NCBI GenBank assembly: GCA_964399755.1
Contig: CAYNSL010000003.1
Span: forward strand, 840 to 64,839
Origin: an uncultured Chitinophaga sp.
Lineage (GTDB): Bacteria; Bacteroidota; Bacteroidia; Chitinophagales; Chitinophagaceae
Direction: 5' to 3'
DNA: 64,000 nucleotides
Every line of letters begins with the position of its first letter. The stretch's first letter is position 1. The notes beneath the pieces are model-generated. The model had not been told where the DNA came from. It did not search any database and saw only the letters and a list, made by a program, of their open reading frames with translations. A program made the position numbers and the translations under genes. Shown here one piece after another: positions 29,753 to 40,310 of the stretch.

Positions 29753-30100
29753 TCAACGGGAAACCTGGAACTTCCCGGATTCGATGATCTTGCCACTCGG
29801 ATCGATCAGGTGGTAAATATAAACACCGCGGTTGAATTCGTTCAGATCGATCGTGGTTTTGGACTGCAGATTGAAGGATTCATACATCTTTTTACCCAGT
29901 ACCCCGTTGTAGATATTTATGGATAAACCCTGGCGGAAATTTTTCTGAAGATCAAAAGTGATATAACTGGTAGCCGGGTTGGGATACAACTTTACAATCC
30001 TTTCCTGCGCATCCGGCGGAGGCGTTGGTCTGGATGATTGGCCCATCGATTGGATGGTAGTCAACAGAATAAAGGATAGTATGGGTAGAATTCGTCTCAA
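29753..30100 (-). CDS. Small protein consisting of a signal peptide plus a T9SS type A sorting domain
   Basis: Signal peptide, then VKLYPNPA...IDLNEFNRGVYIYHL...GKFQV; TTG start. Confidence 0.8.
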   Translation of the reverse strand: MRRILPILSFILLTTIQSMGQSSRPTPPPDAQERIVKLYPNPATSYITFDLQKNFRQGLSINIYNGVLGKKMYESFNLQSKTTIDLNEFNRGVYIYHLIDPSGKIIESGKFQVSR

Positions 30101-30233
30101 CGAAACAAATTTACTTTTATTATTCGAAAAGTAGGCCGAAAATTTTATAAGCGCAAAGTAAAACTACGATTTTGCGAAAATCGCTAAAAACCAATTAATT
30201 ATAGGGAGAATTGGGGCGCTATTTAACTAAAGA

Positions 30234-30704
30234 TTAAGCCAGTCCCTCCAGCACCTCCCTGATTTTATCAAAATCGGGCAGTTCCCCGGCATTCTCCAGC
30301 ACCTCGGCATAGCGAAGGATTCCATCCCTGTCGATAATGAAAGCGGAGCGTTTGGATACGCCCTTCATATTATATCCGAAGGTTTCATACAGCGTTCCGT
30401 ATGCAGCGGAAACTTCTTTGTTAAAATCGCTCAGCAGGGTAAAATTCAAACCCTGCTCGGCTTTGAATTTGGCCAGGGTATGCAGGGAATCCACCGAGAT
30501 ACCAAAGACTGTTGCGCGCACCCCGTTGTACCAGGCGATGGAATCCCTGACCGAGCAAAGCTCTTTGGTGCAGACACTGGTGAAGGCGAGCGGGAAAAAA
30601 AGAAGCAGCACCGTCTGTCCCCTGGAATCGGATAATGAAACCTGTTTTTTTTCCGTATCGTATAAGGTAAAGCCGGGGGCCGGCGCGCCGTTTTTGATTG
30701 GCAT
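30234..30704 (-). CDS. Peroxiredoxin (AhpC/TSA family, AhpE-like)
   Basis: FFPLAFTSVCTKELC, LLSDFNKEV, RSAFIID; ATG at 30704 preferred over TTG 30725. Confidence 0.9.
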   Translation of the reverse strand: MPIKNGAPAPGFTLYDTEKKQVSLSDSRGQTVLLLFFPLAFTSVCTKELCSVRDSIAWYNGVRATVFGISVDSLHTLAKFKAEQGLNFTLLSDFNKEVSAAYGTLYETFGYNMKGVSKRSAFIIDRDGILRYAEVLENAGELPDFDKIREVLEGLA

Positions 30705-30864
30705 GTTTGCGTGGTTTGTTGACAAATATCAGTAAGCTCAAATAAAGATTCCGTTACCTTCAAAGTAACAAATTACCGTTTAAAAGGTTCTTGTTTTTCT
30801 AATCACCCGCCTGTCGCCCATCCTACCCCGACCCTTCCCGGGTCATGCGGCGGGCCCAAATCGC

Positions 30865-31569
30865 ATGTTTATGAAAAAGATGCTGGCAGAACTGATCGGA
30901 ACTTTTTCACTTGTTTTTTTTGGTTGCGGCGCGGCCGTTATATCGGGTGTTAGCGCCGGCGGGCCTTCCGGTATCGGGTTGCTGGGCATATCCTTTGCCT
31001 TTGGCCTTTCGGTGGTGGTGATGGCCTATGCCATCGGCGGGATATCAGGATGTCATATTAACCCCGCCATCACCGTATCGATGTGGGTGGCCGGAAAAAT
31101 AAAATCGGGTGATGCACTCCGTTATATACTGGGCCAGTGCCTCGGCGCTATCGCGGCTTCCGGTGTTTTATATCTTATTTTAAATGGCATGCCCGGTTAT
31201 TCCCTGGGCGAATGGGGCCTTGGCGCCAACGGCTGGGGCGAAGGTTATCTTGGCGGATACAATACCACATCGGCCTTTGTAACCGAGGCCCTGCTGACGT
31301 TTTTATTCCTCTTCGTGATATTCGCCACCACTTCCAAATGGGGCAATGGCACCATGGCGGGATTGGCGATCGGGCTGACGCTCGTGTTAATTCACCTCGT
31401 GGCCATTCCTATCACCGGTACATCGGTGAATCCCGCGCGCAGCCTCGGGCCGGCTGTATTCGCGCAGGGGAAAGCCCTGAACCAGCTCTGGCTCTTCTTC
31501 GCAGCTCCCCTCGCGGGCGGTATACTCGCCGCGCTGGTATGGAAAGGACTTTTTGAAACGAAAGAATAA
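30865..31569 (+). CDS. aqpZ: Aquaporin Z (MIP family)
   Basis: Two NPA motifs (ISGCHINPAIT, TGTSVNPARS); 'GANGWGE' loop. Confidence 0.93.
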   Translation: MFMKKMLAELIGTFSLVFFGCGAAVISGVSAGGPSGIGLLGISFAFGLSVVVMAYAIGGISGCHINPAITVSMWVAGKIKSGDALRYILGQCLGAIAASGVLYLILNGMPGYSLGEWGLGANGWGEGYLGGYNTTSAFVTEALLTFLFLFVIFATTSKWGNGTMAGLAIGLTLVLIHLVAIPITGTSVNPARSLGPAVFAQGKALNQLWLFFAAPLAGGILAALVWKGLFETKE

Positions 31570-31625
31570 AACGCGGCGCATCGAAAGACCTGGTTTAACA
31601 GGAAGTGAAAAGCATACTTACAAAG

Positions 31626-31651
31626 AAAGCACCCCGGGAGGGTGCTTTTTT
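31626..31651. terminator. Bidirectional intrinsic terminator
   Basis: AAAGCACCC-CGGGA-GGGTGCTTTTT between convergent aqpZ and the lipoprotein gene. Confidence 0.75.
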
Positions 31652-31683
31652 AATTTAGCAGGATGCTTTGTATTTTTTTGGGG

Positions 31684-32094
31684 TTACTGTTTATCCAGCC
31701 GCATGTTCCTGGTTTCCCCTCCGTCTGTTTGCGTAGCTTCCACATAGGTCCAGCTGTTACGTGTAATATGCCAGCTTCCGTTGATCAGGTTGAGCGGGTA
31801 TGCGGCCCCATTGAAATTCGCCCAGGTGGTCATCGTGGATGCGTTTCCATCCCAGGTGCCGGTTTTTTCCACCGCGCCGTTGTTGATCGCATCAACCGTT
31901 TTGTTGCTGTAATATTTGAATTTATAGCTGGCGAAATCAGCTGTAATGCTAGTGCCGTTCCGGGTGAAACTTGTAACCGCCCACTGACCATCGGTCATGG
32001 CTTTGATCACCAGGTCTTCCTGTATATTCTGAATCGTTTTTTTACAGGAAGCCGCCAGTGACAGGAGGATCCCGAAGGCGATGAGTTTTTTCAT
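31684..32094 (-). CDS. Lipoprotein of unknown function (lipocalin-like beta-barrel)
   Basis: Lipobox LAAS-CKK; 'GQWAVTSF', 'GTWDG', 'GSWHIT'. Confidence 0.75.
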   Translation of the reverse strand: MKKLIAFGILLSLAASCKKTIQNIQEDLVIKAMTDGQWAVTSFTRNGTSITADFASYKFKYYSNKTVDAINNGAVEKTGTWDGNASTMTTWANFNGAAYPLNLINGSWHITRNSWTYVEATQTDGGETRNMRLDKQ

Positions 32095-32294
32095 AATAAG
32101 GTATGAAGCGACACAAAATACACAATATTGATCAAGCCCGCAATAGCGGACATACGGGCGTTACCCTGTTCCGGTTTTGATTATTATAAGGGATTTTCCG
32201 GAAACAGCCTGATGTACGGAACCCGCCCATGATCACAAGCGCCTGAACAGCATCCGTGTTTTTGCCATCTCGGGTGCAGTGAGTAATTTCACAG

Positions 32295-34718
32295 TTGGCC
32301 ATTTCAAATCCATTGAACAGGGTAAAACTGATACTGATCTTTTTCCTGCTGCGATCAACTGCGGGCGCACAGCAGCCGGGCGAAATCCTGGCGCTATGGG
32401 CGAAAATGGCGCCGATCGAAAAAGTATACCTGCACTTCGACCGCGACAATTATATCGCGGGGGAAACAGCCTGGTTCAAAGCTTATTTATACTCCGAATA
32501 CCTGCCCGACACGATCAGCACTTCCCTGTATACCGAATTGCTGAGGCCCGGGGGAGAAATCATAGCGCGAAACGTGCTGCCGGTGTTGGCAGGCACCACG
32601 CACGGGCAGTTTGAACTGCCGGATACGCTGACCACCGGTTACTACCTGCTCAGGGCCTATACAACGCCGATGCTTAACCGCGATTCGGATTTTATTTACC
32701 AGCGTTCCCTTTTTATATACGGCAGGAAAGAAAAAGACCATGGGATGGCCCCGCCGGAACAAAAGATCAGTCTCAGCTTTTTCCCCGAAGGGGGCAATTT
32801 TGTACAGGGACTCCCTTCCATCCTCGCTTTTAAAGCCACCGACGCATACGGCTGGCCCGTCCCGGTGAGCGGAATGATTAAAAACGGGAATAACGAAACC
32901 ATGGCCAGCTTCAGTTCCGTGCACGACGGCATGGGGTTGGTCGAAATATTGCCTGCCGCCGGGCAAACCTATTTTGCGGTTATCGACGGTGATGCGGGCC
33001 ATACAAAATACCCGCTTCCTGATATGGCCGCGAAAGGGATTGCCCTTTCACTGATCCCGCACCCGCAGGGACATTTCTTTGAAATCAGGCAAGCGGGTAA
33101 TGATCCCTTTTTCAATGCCGCCTACATGATCGGACAGATGCAGCACCATGTGGTATTCCGGCAACAACTGCAGGGGTCGGCAACCGGAATGCAGGGCGTG
33201 ATCAATACCCAACATCTGCCTTCGGGTATCCTGCAGGTTACCGTTTTCAATAAGGACGGATCTCCGCTGGCCGAACGGCTTTGCTTTGTGGATAATAAAG
33301 AATACCGGCAATCCGTTCAACTGCTGGCCGATACCATCAGTTTCTCCCCGCGGGGCCGCAATCATTTCCTGGTGCAGTTGAAGGATACCGTACAGGGCAG
33401 CATCTCCGTTTCCGTAACCGACCCTGCATTTGATCTTGCACCGTCAAGGGAAGAAAATATTTATTCCGGGCTCCTGCTCACTGCGGATATCCGGGGTTAT
33501 ATCCACCATCCCGCTTATTATTTCAGTTCGGATGAAGATTCGGTTAAAAACGCGCTCGACCTGCTGCTGATGACCCAGGGCTGGCGCCGGTTCCGCTGGA
33601 CCGAATTGCTGAAAAATAAAATACCGGCACCGCGTTACGAAGATGGGGCTTATATCACGCTGACTGGAAAAGCCAGTCTTCGCAGTTCGCGTAAACCATT
33701 CGCCTCCCGGCAGCTGTTATTACTGATCGGCGGCGCCGACAATAAACGGATCACCCAGGTACTGTCGACGGATAAGGACGGCCGTTTCCGGATCGATTCG
33801 CTTTTATTTTTTGGCAACGCGCGTCTTCTTTTTACGGATATCCGCGGCAAAAAAAGCCAGTACATCGATGTGATCTTAACGGGTGATACCCTGACAAGGA
33901 GCTTTCCATTGCCCGCAGCTGATATTTCGCGGCTGATAAAATATTATCCCCTGGACGCATCCGCAGCCACCGGGCTCGCCTATGATTACGACGCGATCCG
34001 CAAGGCCAATGGCACGATGCTGGAAAATATCAATATCAGGGTGCAGAAGAAAACGCCCCTGCAGCAGGTAGACGACCGTTACACGAACGGGCCATTTTCG
34101 GGGGATGCCACCCGCAGCATCGACCTCGTGAACAACGAGGATGCCATGCCTTATGAAAATATCTTTGATTACCTGCAGGCAAGGGTCAACGGGCTGCAGG
34201 TCTTTAAAGATGGGCTTGATTATACGATCTTTTACCGGCAGGGCACCAGCCTCAGCGCCATGGGCAATGTTCCGATGGCCCTTTTCCTGGATGAAGTGCC
34301 AACCGATGCCAGTGTTATCTCCGCCATCCCCGCCAACCAGGTTGCCCTGGTGAAAGTGTTCAACACATTCTCCGGCGCCACGGGCAACGGACAGGGCGGC
34401 GTGCTGGCCATTTACACCAAAAAAGGAAGCGATTATGTGCGTCACCGCGGCATGGCCAGCACCGGTATATATAACGGATATTCGGTGATCAAAGAATTTT
34501 ATGCGCCGGTCTATCCCCTGAAAAAAGATGAACCCGATAAACCGGATCACCGCATCACGCTCGACTGGCGGCCTGATATTCTCCTCAATTACGTGGATCC
34601 CTCCGTGCCGGTCAGTTTTTTCAATAACGACCGCAGTAAAAAATTCAGGGTGGTGGTGGAAGGCATGACCAATTCCGGCAAACTCATCTGGCTGGAAAAA
34701 ATCATCACGCCCCGCTAG
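32295..34718 (+). CDS. MG2-domain / TonB-plug-like large exported protein
   Basis: EKVYLHFDRDNYIAGETAWFKAY, GYYLLRAYT, FFPEGG, LDLLLMTQGWRRF, GGVLAIYTKKG, TLDWRP, VVEGMT. Confidence 0.8.
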   Translation: MAISNPLNRVKLILIFFLLRSTAGAQQPGEILALWAKMAPIEKVYLHFDRDNYIAGETAWFKAYLYSEYLPDTISTSLYTELLRPGGEIIARNVLPVLAGTTHGQFELPDTLTTGYYLLRAYTTPMLNRDSDFIYQRSLFIYGRKEKDHGMAPPEQKISLSFFPEGGNFVQGLPSILAFKATDAYGWPVPVSGMIKNGNNETMASFSSVHDGMGLVEILPAAGQTYFAVIDGDAGHTKYPLPDMAAKGIALSLIPHPQGHFFEIRQAGNDPFFNAAYMIGQMQHHVVFRQQLQGSATGMQGVINTQHLPSGILQVTVFNKDGSPLAERLCFVDNKEYRQSVQLLADTISFSPRGRNHFLVQLKDTVQGSISVSVTDPAFDLAPSREENIYSGLLLTADIRGYIHHPAYYFSSDEDSVKNALDLLLMTQGWRRFRWTELLKNKIPAPRYEDGAYITLTGKASLRSSRKPFASRQLLLLIGGADNKRITQVLSTDKDGRFRIDSLLFFGNARLLFTDIRGKKSQYIDVILTGDTLTRSFPLPAADISRLIKYYPLDASAATGLAYDYDAIRKANGTMLENINIRVQKKTPLQQVDDRYTNGPFSGDATRSIDLVNNEDAMPYENIFDYLQARVNGLQVFKDGLDYTIFYRQGTSLSAMGNVPMALFLDEVPTDASVISAIPANQVALVKVFNTFSGATGNGQGGVLAIYTKKGSDYVRHRGMASTGIYNGYSVIKEFYAPVYPLKKDEPDKPDHRITLDWRPDILLNYVDPSVPVSFFNNDRSKKFRVVVEGMTNSGKLIWLEKIITPR

Positions 34719-34781
34719 AAATGAAAAACCCCCGGCCTTACAGGAACGGGGGCGCAGGTTTTTCAACCGTGAAATCAATTG

Positions 34782-35402
34782 TTATTGGGGGAAGCCGGGA
34801 TCGGCTTTTACTTCGTCAATCTGTTGCCGGTGACGGTTGCTGTGCGCGGCCATCATCAGCGAAAGCTGGTAACAGTCGATCCAGCCGAATGGCATTTTCA
34901 CGACATGGTTGCGCAGGTCTTCGGTGGACGTTTTCATGTATTTGATATGTTCGGTACGCATGCTCCTGAATGCTTCCACCGCTTCCCCGATGGATTTATA
35001 AGGCGTGTTTTTAGGTTCAAATGGTTCCGAGGTCTTGACTTTATTGGCCCGGCTTTCTATTACGCTGATCAATTCTTCATCACTCATTTTAATCTCGGAG
35101 CGTTTATCGGGGTTGGCCGGCGATTTCATCGCGTTTTCCAGCAGGGCCCAGAGATTTTTTTCCGAAATCGCGATATGGTACATGCATTCTTTTACGGACC
35201 AGCGATCGGGCGCAATCCTGTAGTTGAGTTGCGCGGCAGAAAGCCCTTTTACGCTTTTCAGCACTTCGGCGCGGGTGTCTTTCATCAGCGTAACCGACAC
35301 TTTCCGTTCATGTTTGGAAATGGAAGTGACGTTAATTGTTCCGGCCAGTCCCGTGATAACCACGAGGGTGAGCAGGAGTCTTCCCATCGTTCTTTTTAAC
35401 AT
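34782..35402 (-). CDS. DinB family protein, exported
   Basis: WSVKECMYHIAISE, MAAHSNRHRQQI; start uncertain (35411, 35402 or 35387). Confidence 0.85.
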   Translation of the reverse strand: MLKRTMGRLLLTLVVITGLAGTINVTSISKHERKVSVTLMKDTRAEVLKSVKGLSAAQLNYRIAPDRWSVKECMYHIAISEKNLWALLENAMKSPANPDKRSEIKMSDEELISVIESRANKVKTSEPFEPKNTPYKSIGEAVEAFRSMRTEHIKYMKTSTEDLRNHVVKMPFGWIDCYQLSLMMAAHSNRHRQQIDEVKADPGFPQ

Positions 35403-35528
35403 AGCAGGCATTTTATGATCCGGACAGGGAGTGATCCAAAGGGGTGGGGACGGCCGTTTTGCGGCAGGAAGGAAAAGGTACAAAAGTTCCCCGATTGGCC
35501 AAGAAAGTTTTTTCAACGAATTGCGGCC

Positions 35529-36506
35529 TTATTGCAACGGTCTTTTTTTAACCATGCCGCCATGGGTGTCCTTGATGCTTTGCATGACCATAAAAGCGTG
35601 GGGATCTATCTTTTCCACTTCATTGGTCAGGCGGTTGATCTCGAGGCGGGTGACTACGGTAAAAATGATTTCAGTGTCGGCAGCCGACTCGCCTCTTTTT
35701 CCAAACCCTCTTTTACCTGAATAAACCGTTAATCCCCTTCCCATTTTTTGTTTGATAAAGGCGGCGATCTCGTTACTGTGCGGCGAGATGATGGTCACCC
35801 CTGTAAATTCCTCGATCCCTTCCAGGATGAAATCAACCGTTTTAGAGGCAGCCAGGTAGGTAAGAATGGAATAGAGCGCCAGTTCGATTGTTAACAGGTA
35901 GGCAGCCACCGAAAAGATGACGATATTGAAGAGTAAAATAAAATCGCCTACCGACAAACTCCGCTTGCGGCTCAGGAATATGGCGAGCACCTCGGTGCCG
36001 TCGATCACCCCGCCGCCGCGGATACAAAGACCGATACCGGCCCCGATAAAAAAACCGCCGAATACCGCCACCAGTAATTTGTCTTCGGTGACATGCGGAA
36101 AAGGAAAGATCGCCACCACCAGGGCCAGCAGGGCGATGGCGCCGATACTTTTCAAACTGAAAATTTGACTGATCTGCCGCCAGCCGAGCAGGATAAAGGG
36201 GAGATTGATGCCGATGATCAGCAGGGAAAGGGAGAAGCCGGTTTGTTTATTGATCAGCAGGGATATGCCCATCACTCCGCCGTCGATCAGTTTATTGGGG
36301 ATCAGGAATCCTTTCAGTCCGAAACCGGCCGACATAACGCCCATCAGCATCATGAGCCCGGAACGCAGTTCACGGAAAAAAGCTTTTCGCAAGCGCCAGA
36401 CACCCTTGGCGAGTTGATAACGGCTAATCGGTTCGGAAGCCTTTTTCCCGAAAGACTTTTTAATTTCCTGAACAATGATCTCGTTTTTGTCGAGGTGTAA
36501 CGGCAT
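35529..36506 (-). CDS. YitT family membrane protein (DUF161/DUF2179)
   Basis: LIDGGVMG, INLPFILLG, GGGVIDGTE, VEKIDPHAF; start 36506 preferred over 36554. Confidence 0.88.
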   Translation of the reverse strand: MPLHLDKNEIIVQEIKKSFGKKASEPISRYQLAKGVWRLRKAFFRELRSGLMMLMGVMSAGFGLKGFLIPNKLIDGGVMGISLLINKQTGFSLSLLIIGINLPFILLGWRQISQIFSLKSIGAIALLALVVAIFPFPHVTEDKLLVAVFGGFFIGAGIGLCIRGGGVIDGTEVLAIFLSRKRSLSVGDFILLFNIVIFSVAAYLLTIELALYSILTYLAASKTVDFILEGIEEFTGVTIISPHSNEIAAFIKQKMGRGLTVYSGKRGFGKRGESAADTEIIFTVVTRLEINRLTNEVEKIDPHAFMVMQSIKDTHGGMVKKRPLQ

Positions 36507-36593
36507 GTTTAAAGATAAGTAAATTGAACTTTCGTGTGGGTTGCACGATACCAAATTGTGTAACTTGCTGAAAAGTAATCGTAAATTTTTTTA

Positions 36594-37688
36594 ATGAAAA
36601 TCAGCGAAGTCGTTTCATTTCTTGAATCATGGGCGCATCCTTCCCTGCAGGAGCATTATGATAACGCGGGGCTCATTACCGGCGACCGGAATGCCGCCTG
36701 CAAAGGGATCCTTTGTACGCTCGACGCCACCGAAGAAGTAGTGCGGGAGGCCATCGCAAAAAAATGCAATCTCGTGGTAGCGCATCATCCCATTATTTTC
36801 GGCGGGCTGAAAAAAATCAACGGGAAAAATTATGTGGAAAAAGCGGTCATCACCGCTATCAAAAACGATATCGCCATCTATGCCATTCACACCAACCTGG
36901 ATAATGTGATCAATGGAGTAAACGGGAAGATGGCGGCGGCGATGGGTCTGGAAAATATTTCCGTACTCTCGCCCCGTGAGCATACGTTAAAAAAATTATT
37001 CACCTTCGCCCCGGTCGCAAAAGCGGAGGAGGTACGCGCGGCTTTGTTCCGGGCGGGAGCCGGGCAGATCGGCCATTACAGCGAATGCAGCTTCAATACC
37101 GAAGGGGCCGGCACCTTTAAAGCGGGGGCGGGAACTCATCCATGGGTAGGAAAGCAGGGGAAGCGTCATATCGAAAAAGAAACCAGGATCGAAGTCATTT
37201 TCCCGGCCTGGCTGGAACCGGGACTGATCACCGCGCTTAAAGCGGCGCATCCCTACGAAGAAGTGGCCTACGATATCGTGGCGCTCTCGAACCCCGGTCC
37301 CGATACCGGTTCCGGCGCGATCGGCGAATTGCCGCAGGCGCTAAAAGGAAGCGCCTTCCTGCAGCACCTCAAAAACGTATTTAAAGTGCCTGTGATCAGG
37401 CACAGCAGCATCTTTAGGCGCCCGGTTAAAAAAATAGCCATTTGCGGGGGAGCGGGCAGCTTCTTGATTTCCAAATCGTTATCGATGGGGGCTGATGCTT
37501 TTGTCAGCGCTGATATCAAGTACCACGAATTTTTTGACGCGAACAACCGCATGCTGATCTGCGATATCGGGCACTATGAAAGCGAACAGTTCACGATCGG
37601 CCTCTTACAGGAGGAAATAGCCCGGAAATTCCCTAACTTTGCCGTCCGAAAAACTGAAGTAATGACGAACCCTGTCCATTACTTTTAG
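36594..37688 (+). CDS. Nif3-like dinuclear metal center hexameric protein (YqfO type with PII-like insert)
   Basis: YDNAGL, VAHHPIIF, HTNLD, AGAGQIGHYSECSF, AHPYEEVAYD, GHYESE. Confidence 0.92.
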   Translation: MKISEVVSFLESWAHPSLQEHYDNAGLITGDRNAACKGILCTLDATEEVVREAIAKKCNLVVAHHPIIFGGLKKINGKNYVEKAVITAIKNDIAIYAIHTNLDNVINGVNGKMAAAMGLENISVLSPREHTLKKLFTFAPVAKAEEVRAALFRAGAGQIGHYSECSFNTEGAGTFKAGAGTHPWVGKQGKRHIEKETRIEVIFPAWLEPGLITALKAAHPYEEVAYDIVALSNPGPDTGSGAIGELPQALKGSAFLQHLKNVFKVPVIRHSSIFRRPVKKIAICGGAGSFLISKSLSMGADAFVSADIKYHEFFDANNRMLICDIGHYESEQFTIGLLQEEIARKFPNFAVRKTEVMTNPVHYF

Positions 37689-37703
37689 TGTGCTGAACGG
37701 ACA

Positions 37704-37752
37704 TGACTTATATGACCTGTTTGACTTATTTGACTGACCTGACTGTGCTGAC
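37704..37752. repeat. 9-bp tandem repeat, TGAC core x6
   Basis: TGAC at 37704, 37713, 37722, 37731, 37740 and 37749. Confidence 0.85.
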
Positions 37753-37790
37753 TATTCCGGCAACGATCGCAAAAAATATAATCCTTTAAT

Positions 37791-38546
37791 ATGGCGCATG
37801 TAAAAGAATTTTCGGTTGAAGAAAAACTGACTTCACTCCTGACCCTGCAGAAAATCGAAAGCAAGCTCGATGAGCTGAAGATCCTGAAAGGGGAGCTGCC
37901 GATGGAAGTGGCCGACCTGGAAGACGAGATCCAGGGTCTTAACGCCCGCAAGAACCGTATCGAGGAAGAGATCAACGGTGTTACCGAATTCATTGAGCAG
38001 CGCAAGAACGCCATCAAGGACGCTGAAGCCCTGGTTAAGAAATACGAAAAGCAAAGCAACAATGTTAAGAACAACCGCGAATTTGAAGCGATCAATAAGG
38101 AGATCGAAATGCAGCAGCTGGAAGTAAAACTCGCGGAAAAGCATATCAAGGACGCTACCGAAGAGATCGCCGAAAAAGCGGTGGGTCTCGAAAAAGCCAA
38201 GAAAAATATCGCCGCCAAGGAAGGAGTGCTGGCCACGAAGAAAGGCGAACTGGAAAAAATCATTGCCGCCAACGAAAAAGAGGAAAAGCATTTTAATAAA
38301 CTGGCCATCGATGCACGCGAACACGTGGATGGCCGCCTGCTGGCGAGCTATGACAAGATCCGCCGGAGCTACCGCAACGGCCTGGCCGTGGTGCCGGTTG
38401 AACGCGATGCCTGCGGCGGTTGCTTTAACGCGATCCCCCCTCAAAAACAAAGTGAGATCCGCCAGCATAAAAAAGTGATGATCTGCGAAAACTGCGGGCG
38501 TATCCTCGTTGACGAAGAACTGAACACCAAAGTGACGATCAAATAA
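37791..38546 (+). CDS. Coiled-coil C4-type zinc-ribbon protein (DUF164 family)
   Basis: Long coiled coil; CGGCF...CENCGRIL; typical partner of Nif3 genes. Confidence 0.9.
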   Translation: MAHVKEFSVEEKLTSLLTLQKIESKLDELKILKGELPMEVADLEDEIQGLNARKNRIEEEINGVTEFIEQRKNAIKDAEALVKKYEKQSNNVKNNREFEAINKEIEMQQLEVKLAEKHIKDATEEIAEKAVGLEKAKKNIAAKEGVLATKKGELEKIIAANEKEEKHFNKLAIDAREHVDGRLLASYDKIRRSYRNGLAVVPVERDACGGCFNAIPPQKQSEIRQHKKVMICENCGRILVDEELNTKVTIK

Positions 38547-38572
38547 ACGATTTTTGTCTCTCTCATTCGCGG

Positions 38573-38601
38573 AAAGCCGCTGGTCAGCCAGCGGCTTTTT
38601 T
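38573..38601 (+). terminator. Intrinsic terminator
   Basis: AAAGCCGCTGG-TCAG-CCAGCGGCTTTTTT. Confidence 0.85.
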
Positions 38602-38651
38602 GTGCAAAACCGGTCCGCTACGCGCTTTAAAAATCGCTAATTTGCCGGGCG

Positions 38652-40310
38652 ATGTTATCCCGGATTTTCATACAGAACTATGTACTGATCGATGAGATCG
38701 GCATCGATTTTTCCGCCGGGCTCAACGTGATCACGGGAGAAACCGGCGCGGGTAAATCAATCCTGGTCGGAGCGCTGGGACTGATCCTCGGCGAACGCGC
38801 CGACACCACAACGCTTGTGAACAAAGAAAAAAAATGCATCGTCGAAGGCGTTTTCCAGGCGGAAAATAAAAGCCAGGTCCGCGATTTCCTCGCCGCTTAC
38901 GAACTGGACGCCGGAACCGAACTGGTGCTGCGGCGTGAGATCGCGGTGAATGGCAAAAGCCGCGCCTTTATCAACGATACGCCTGTTTCCCTCGCGCAGT
39001 TACAGGAACTAAGCACCCTGCTGGTTGACCTGCACCAGCAGTTCGACACCCTGCAGCTGGCCCGCAACGATTTTCAGCGGGAAGTGCTCGACGCGCTGGC
39101 CGGGCATGCTTCCTTACTGGAAGAGTACCGCCACGTGTTTACCCGCTGGCAGCAAATGAAAAAAGAAACGGGGCAGTTACAGGAACAGCAGGAGCAACTT
39201 GAAAAAGAAGCGGATTATAACCGTTTCCAGTTTTCCGAACTGGAAGAAGCCGGGTTCAGCGAAAATGAACTGGAAGAGGGGGAAGCGGAACTGAAACGAC
39301 TGAACAATTCGGAGGGCATAAAAGCCGCGCTTGATAAAGTACAGTACGGCCTGCAGGAGGGGGAAAGCCCCGTGGTGCAGCAATTGAAAATATTGTCGGG
39401 CCAGCTAACTCCCTTTATTTCCTATCACCCGCAATTGCCCGAACTGCTCCAACGTCTCCAGTCGGCTCAGGTGGAACTGGCGGATATTTCGGGCGACCTC
39501 GAACAGATCAACCGGCAGATCAACCACGACCCTTCCAGGATGGAAACATTACAGGAGCGCCTTTCGCTCGGTTACAGGCTGATGAAAAAACACGGCGTGC
39601 GCGACACCGCCGGTTTGCTGGCCATACAAACCGCATTGGATCAGAAACTGCAGGCCGTGCAAAACATGGATGAATTGATCCGGCAAAAGGAAACGGAAAC
39701 AAAAAAATTACAGGAAGATGTAATTCGTTTGGCGGAAAAAATTTCCGCGGGACGTAAAAAACAAATCAGGCCCCTTGAAGAAAAAGTGAATAAACTGCTG
39801 GTCCAGGTGGGAATGCCCAACGCGAAGTTCTGTGCCGAAGCAAGGCCAGCCGCGTCGCCCCATGAACAGGGCATTGACGATATCGGGTTCCTCTTCGATG
39901 CTAACCAGAGCGGGCAGTTCCAGCCCCTGCGTAAAGTGGCCAGCGGAGGCGAACTGAGCCGGCTGATGCTTTGCATTAAATCGCTGGTGGCGCAATCCAT
40001 CGACCTGCCCACGCTGATCTTTGACGAGATCGATGCGGGCATTTCGGGCGAAGCGGCAAGGCAGGTGAGCCTGATCATGAAGGGACTGGCCGCGAACAGG
40101 CAGGTAATCTGCATCACTCACCAGCCCCGGATCGCGGGCAAGGCCGACACGCATTTCTTCGTGTACAAGGAAATCGTGCGCGACCAGGTGAAAACGAATA
40201 TCCGGAAACTGGATACTGAAGAAAGAATCACCGCCATCGCCAAAATGCTGAGCGGGGAAAAACCCACGGCCGCCGCGCTGGCAAATGCGAGGGAGATGCT
40301 GATGAATTAA
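38652..40310 (+). CDS. recN: DNA repair protein RecN
   Basis: GETGAGKS, ASGGELSRLML, LIFDEIDAGISG, CITHQP. Confidence 0.96.
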   Translation: MLSRIFIQNYVLIDEIGIDFSAGLNVITGETGAGKSILVGALGLILGERADTTTLVNKEKKCIVEGVFQAENKSQVRDFLAAYELDAGTELVLRREIAVNGKSRAFINDTPVSLAQLQELSTLLVDLHQQFDTLQLARNDFQREVLDALAGHASLLEEYRHVFTRWQQMKKETGQLQEQQEQLEKEADYNRFQFSELEEAGFSENELEEGEAELKRLNNSEGIKAALDKVQYGLQEGESPVVQQLKILSGQLTPFISYHPQLPELLQRLQSAQVELADISGDLEQINRQINHDPSRMETLQERLSLGYRLMKKHGVRDTAGLLAIQTALDQKLQAVQNMDELIRQKETETKKLQEDVIRLAEKISAGRKKQIRPLEEKVNKLLVQVGMPNAKFCAEARPAASPHEQGIDDIGFLFDANQSGQFQPLRKVASGGELSRLMLCIKSLVAQSIDLPTLIFDEIDAGISGEAARQVSLIMKGLAANRQVICITHQPRIAGKADTHFFVYKEIVRDQVKTNIRKLDTEERITAIAKMLSGEKPTAAALANAREMLMN

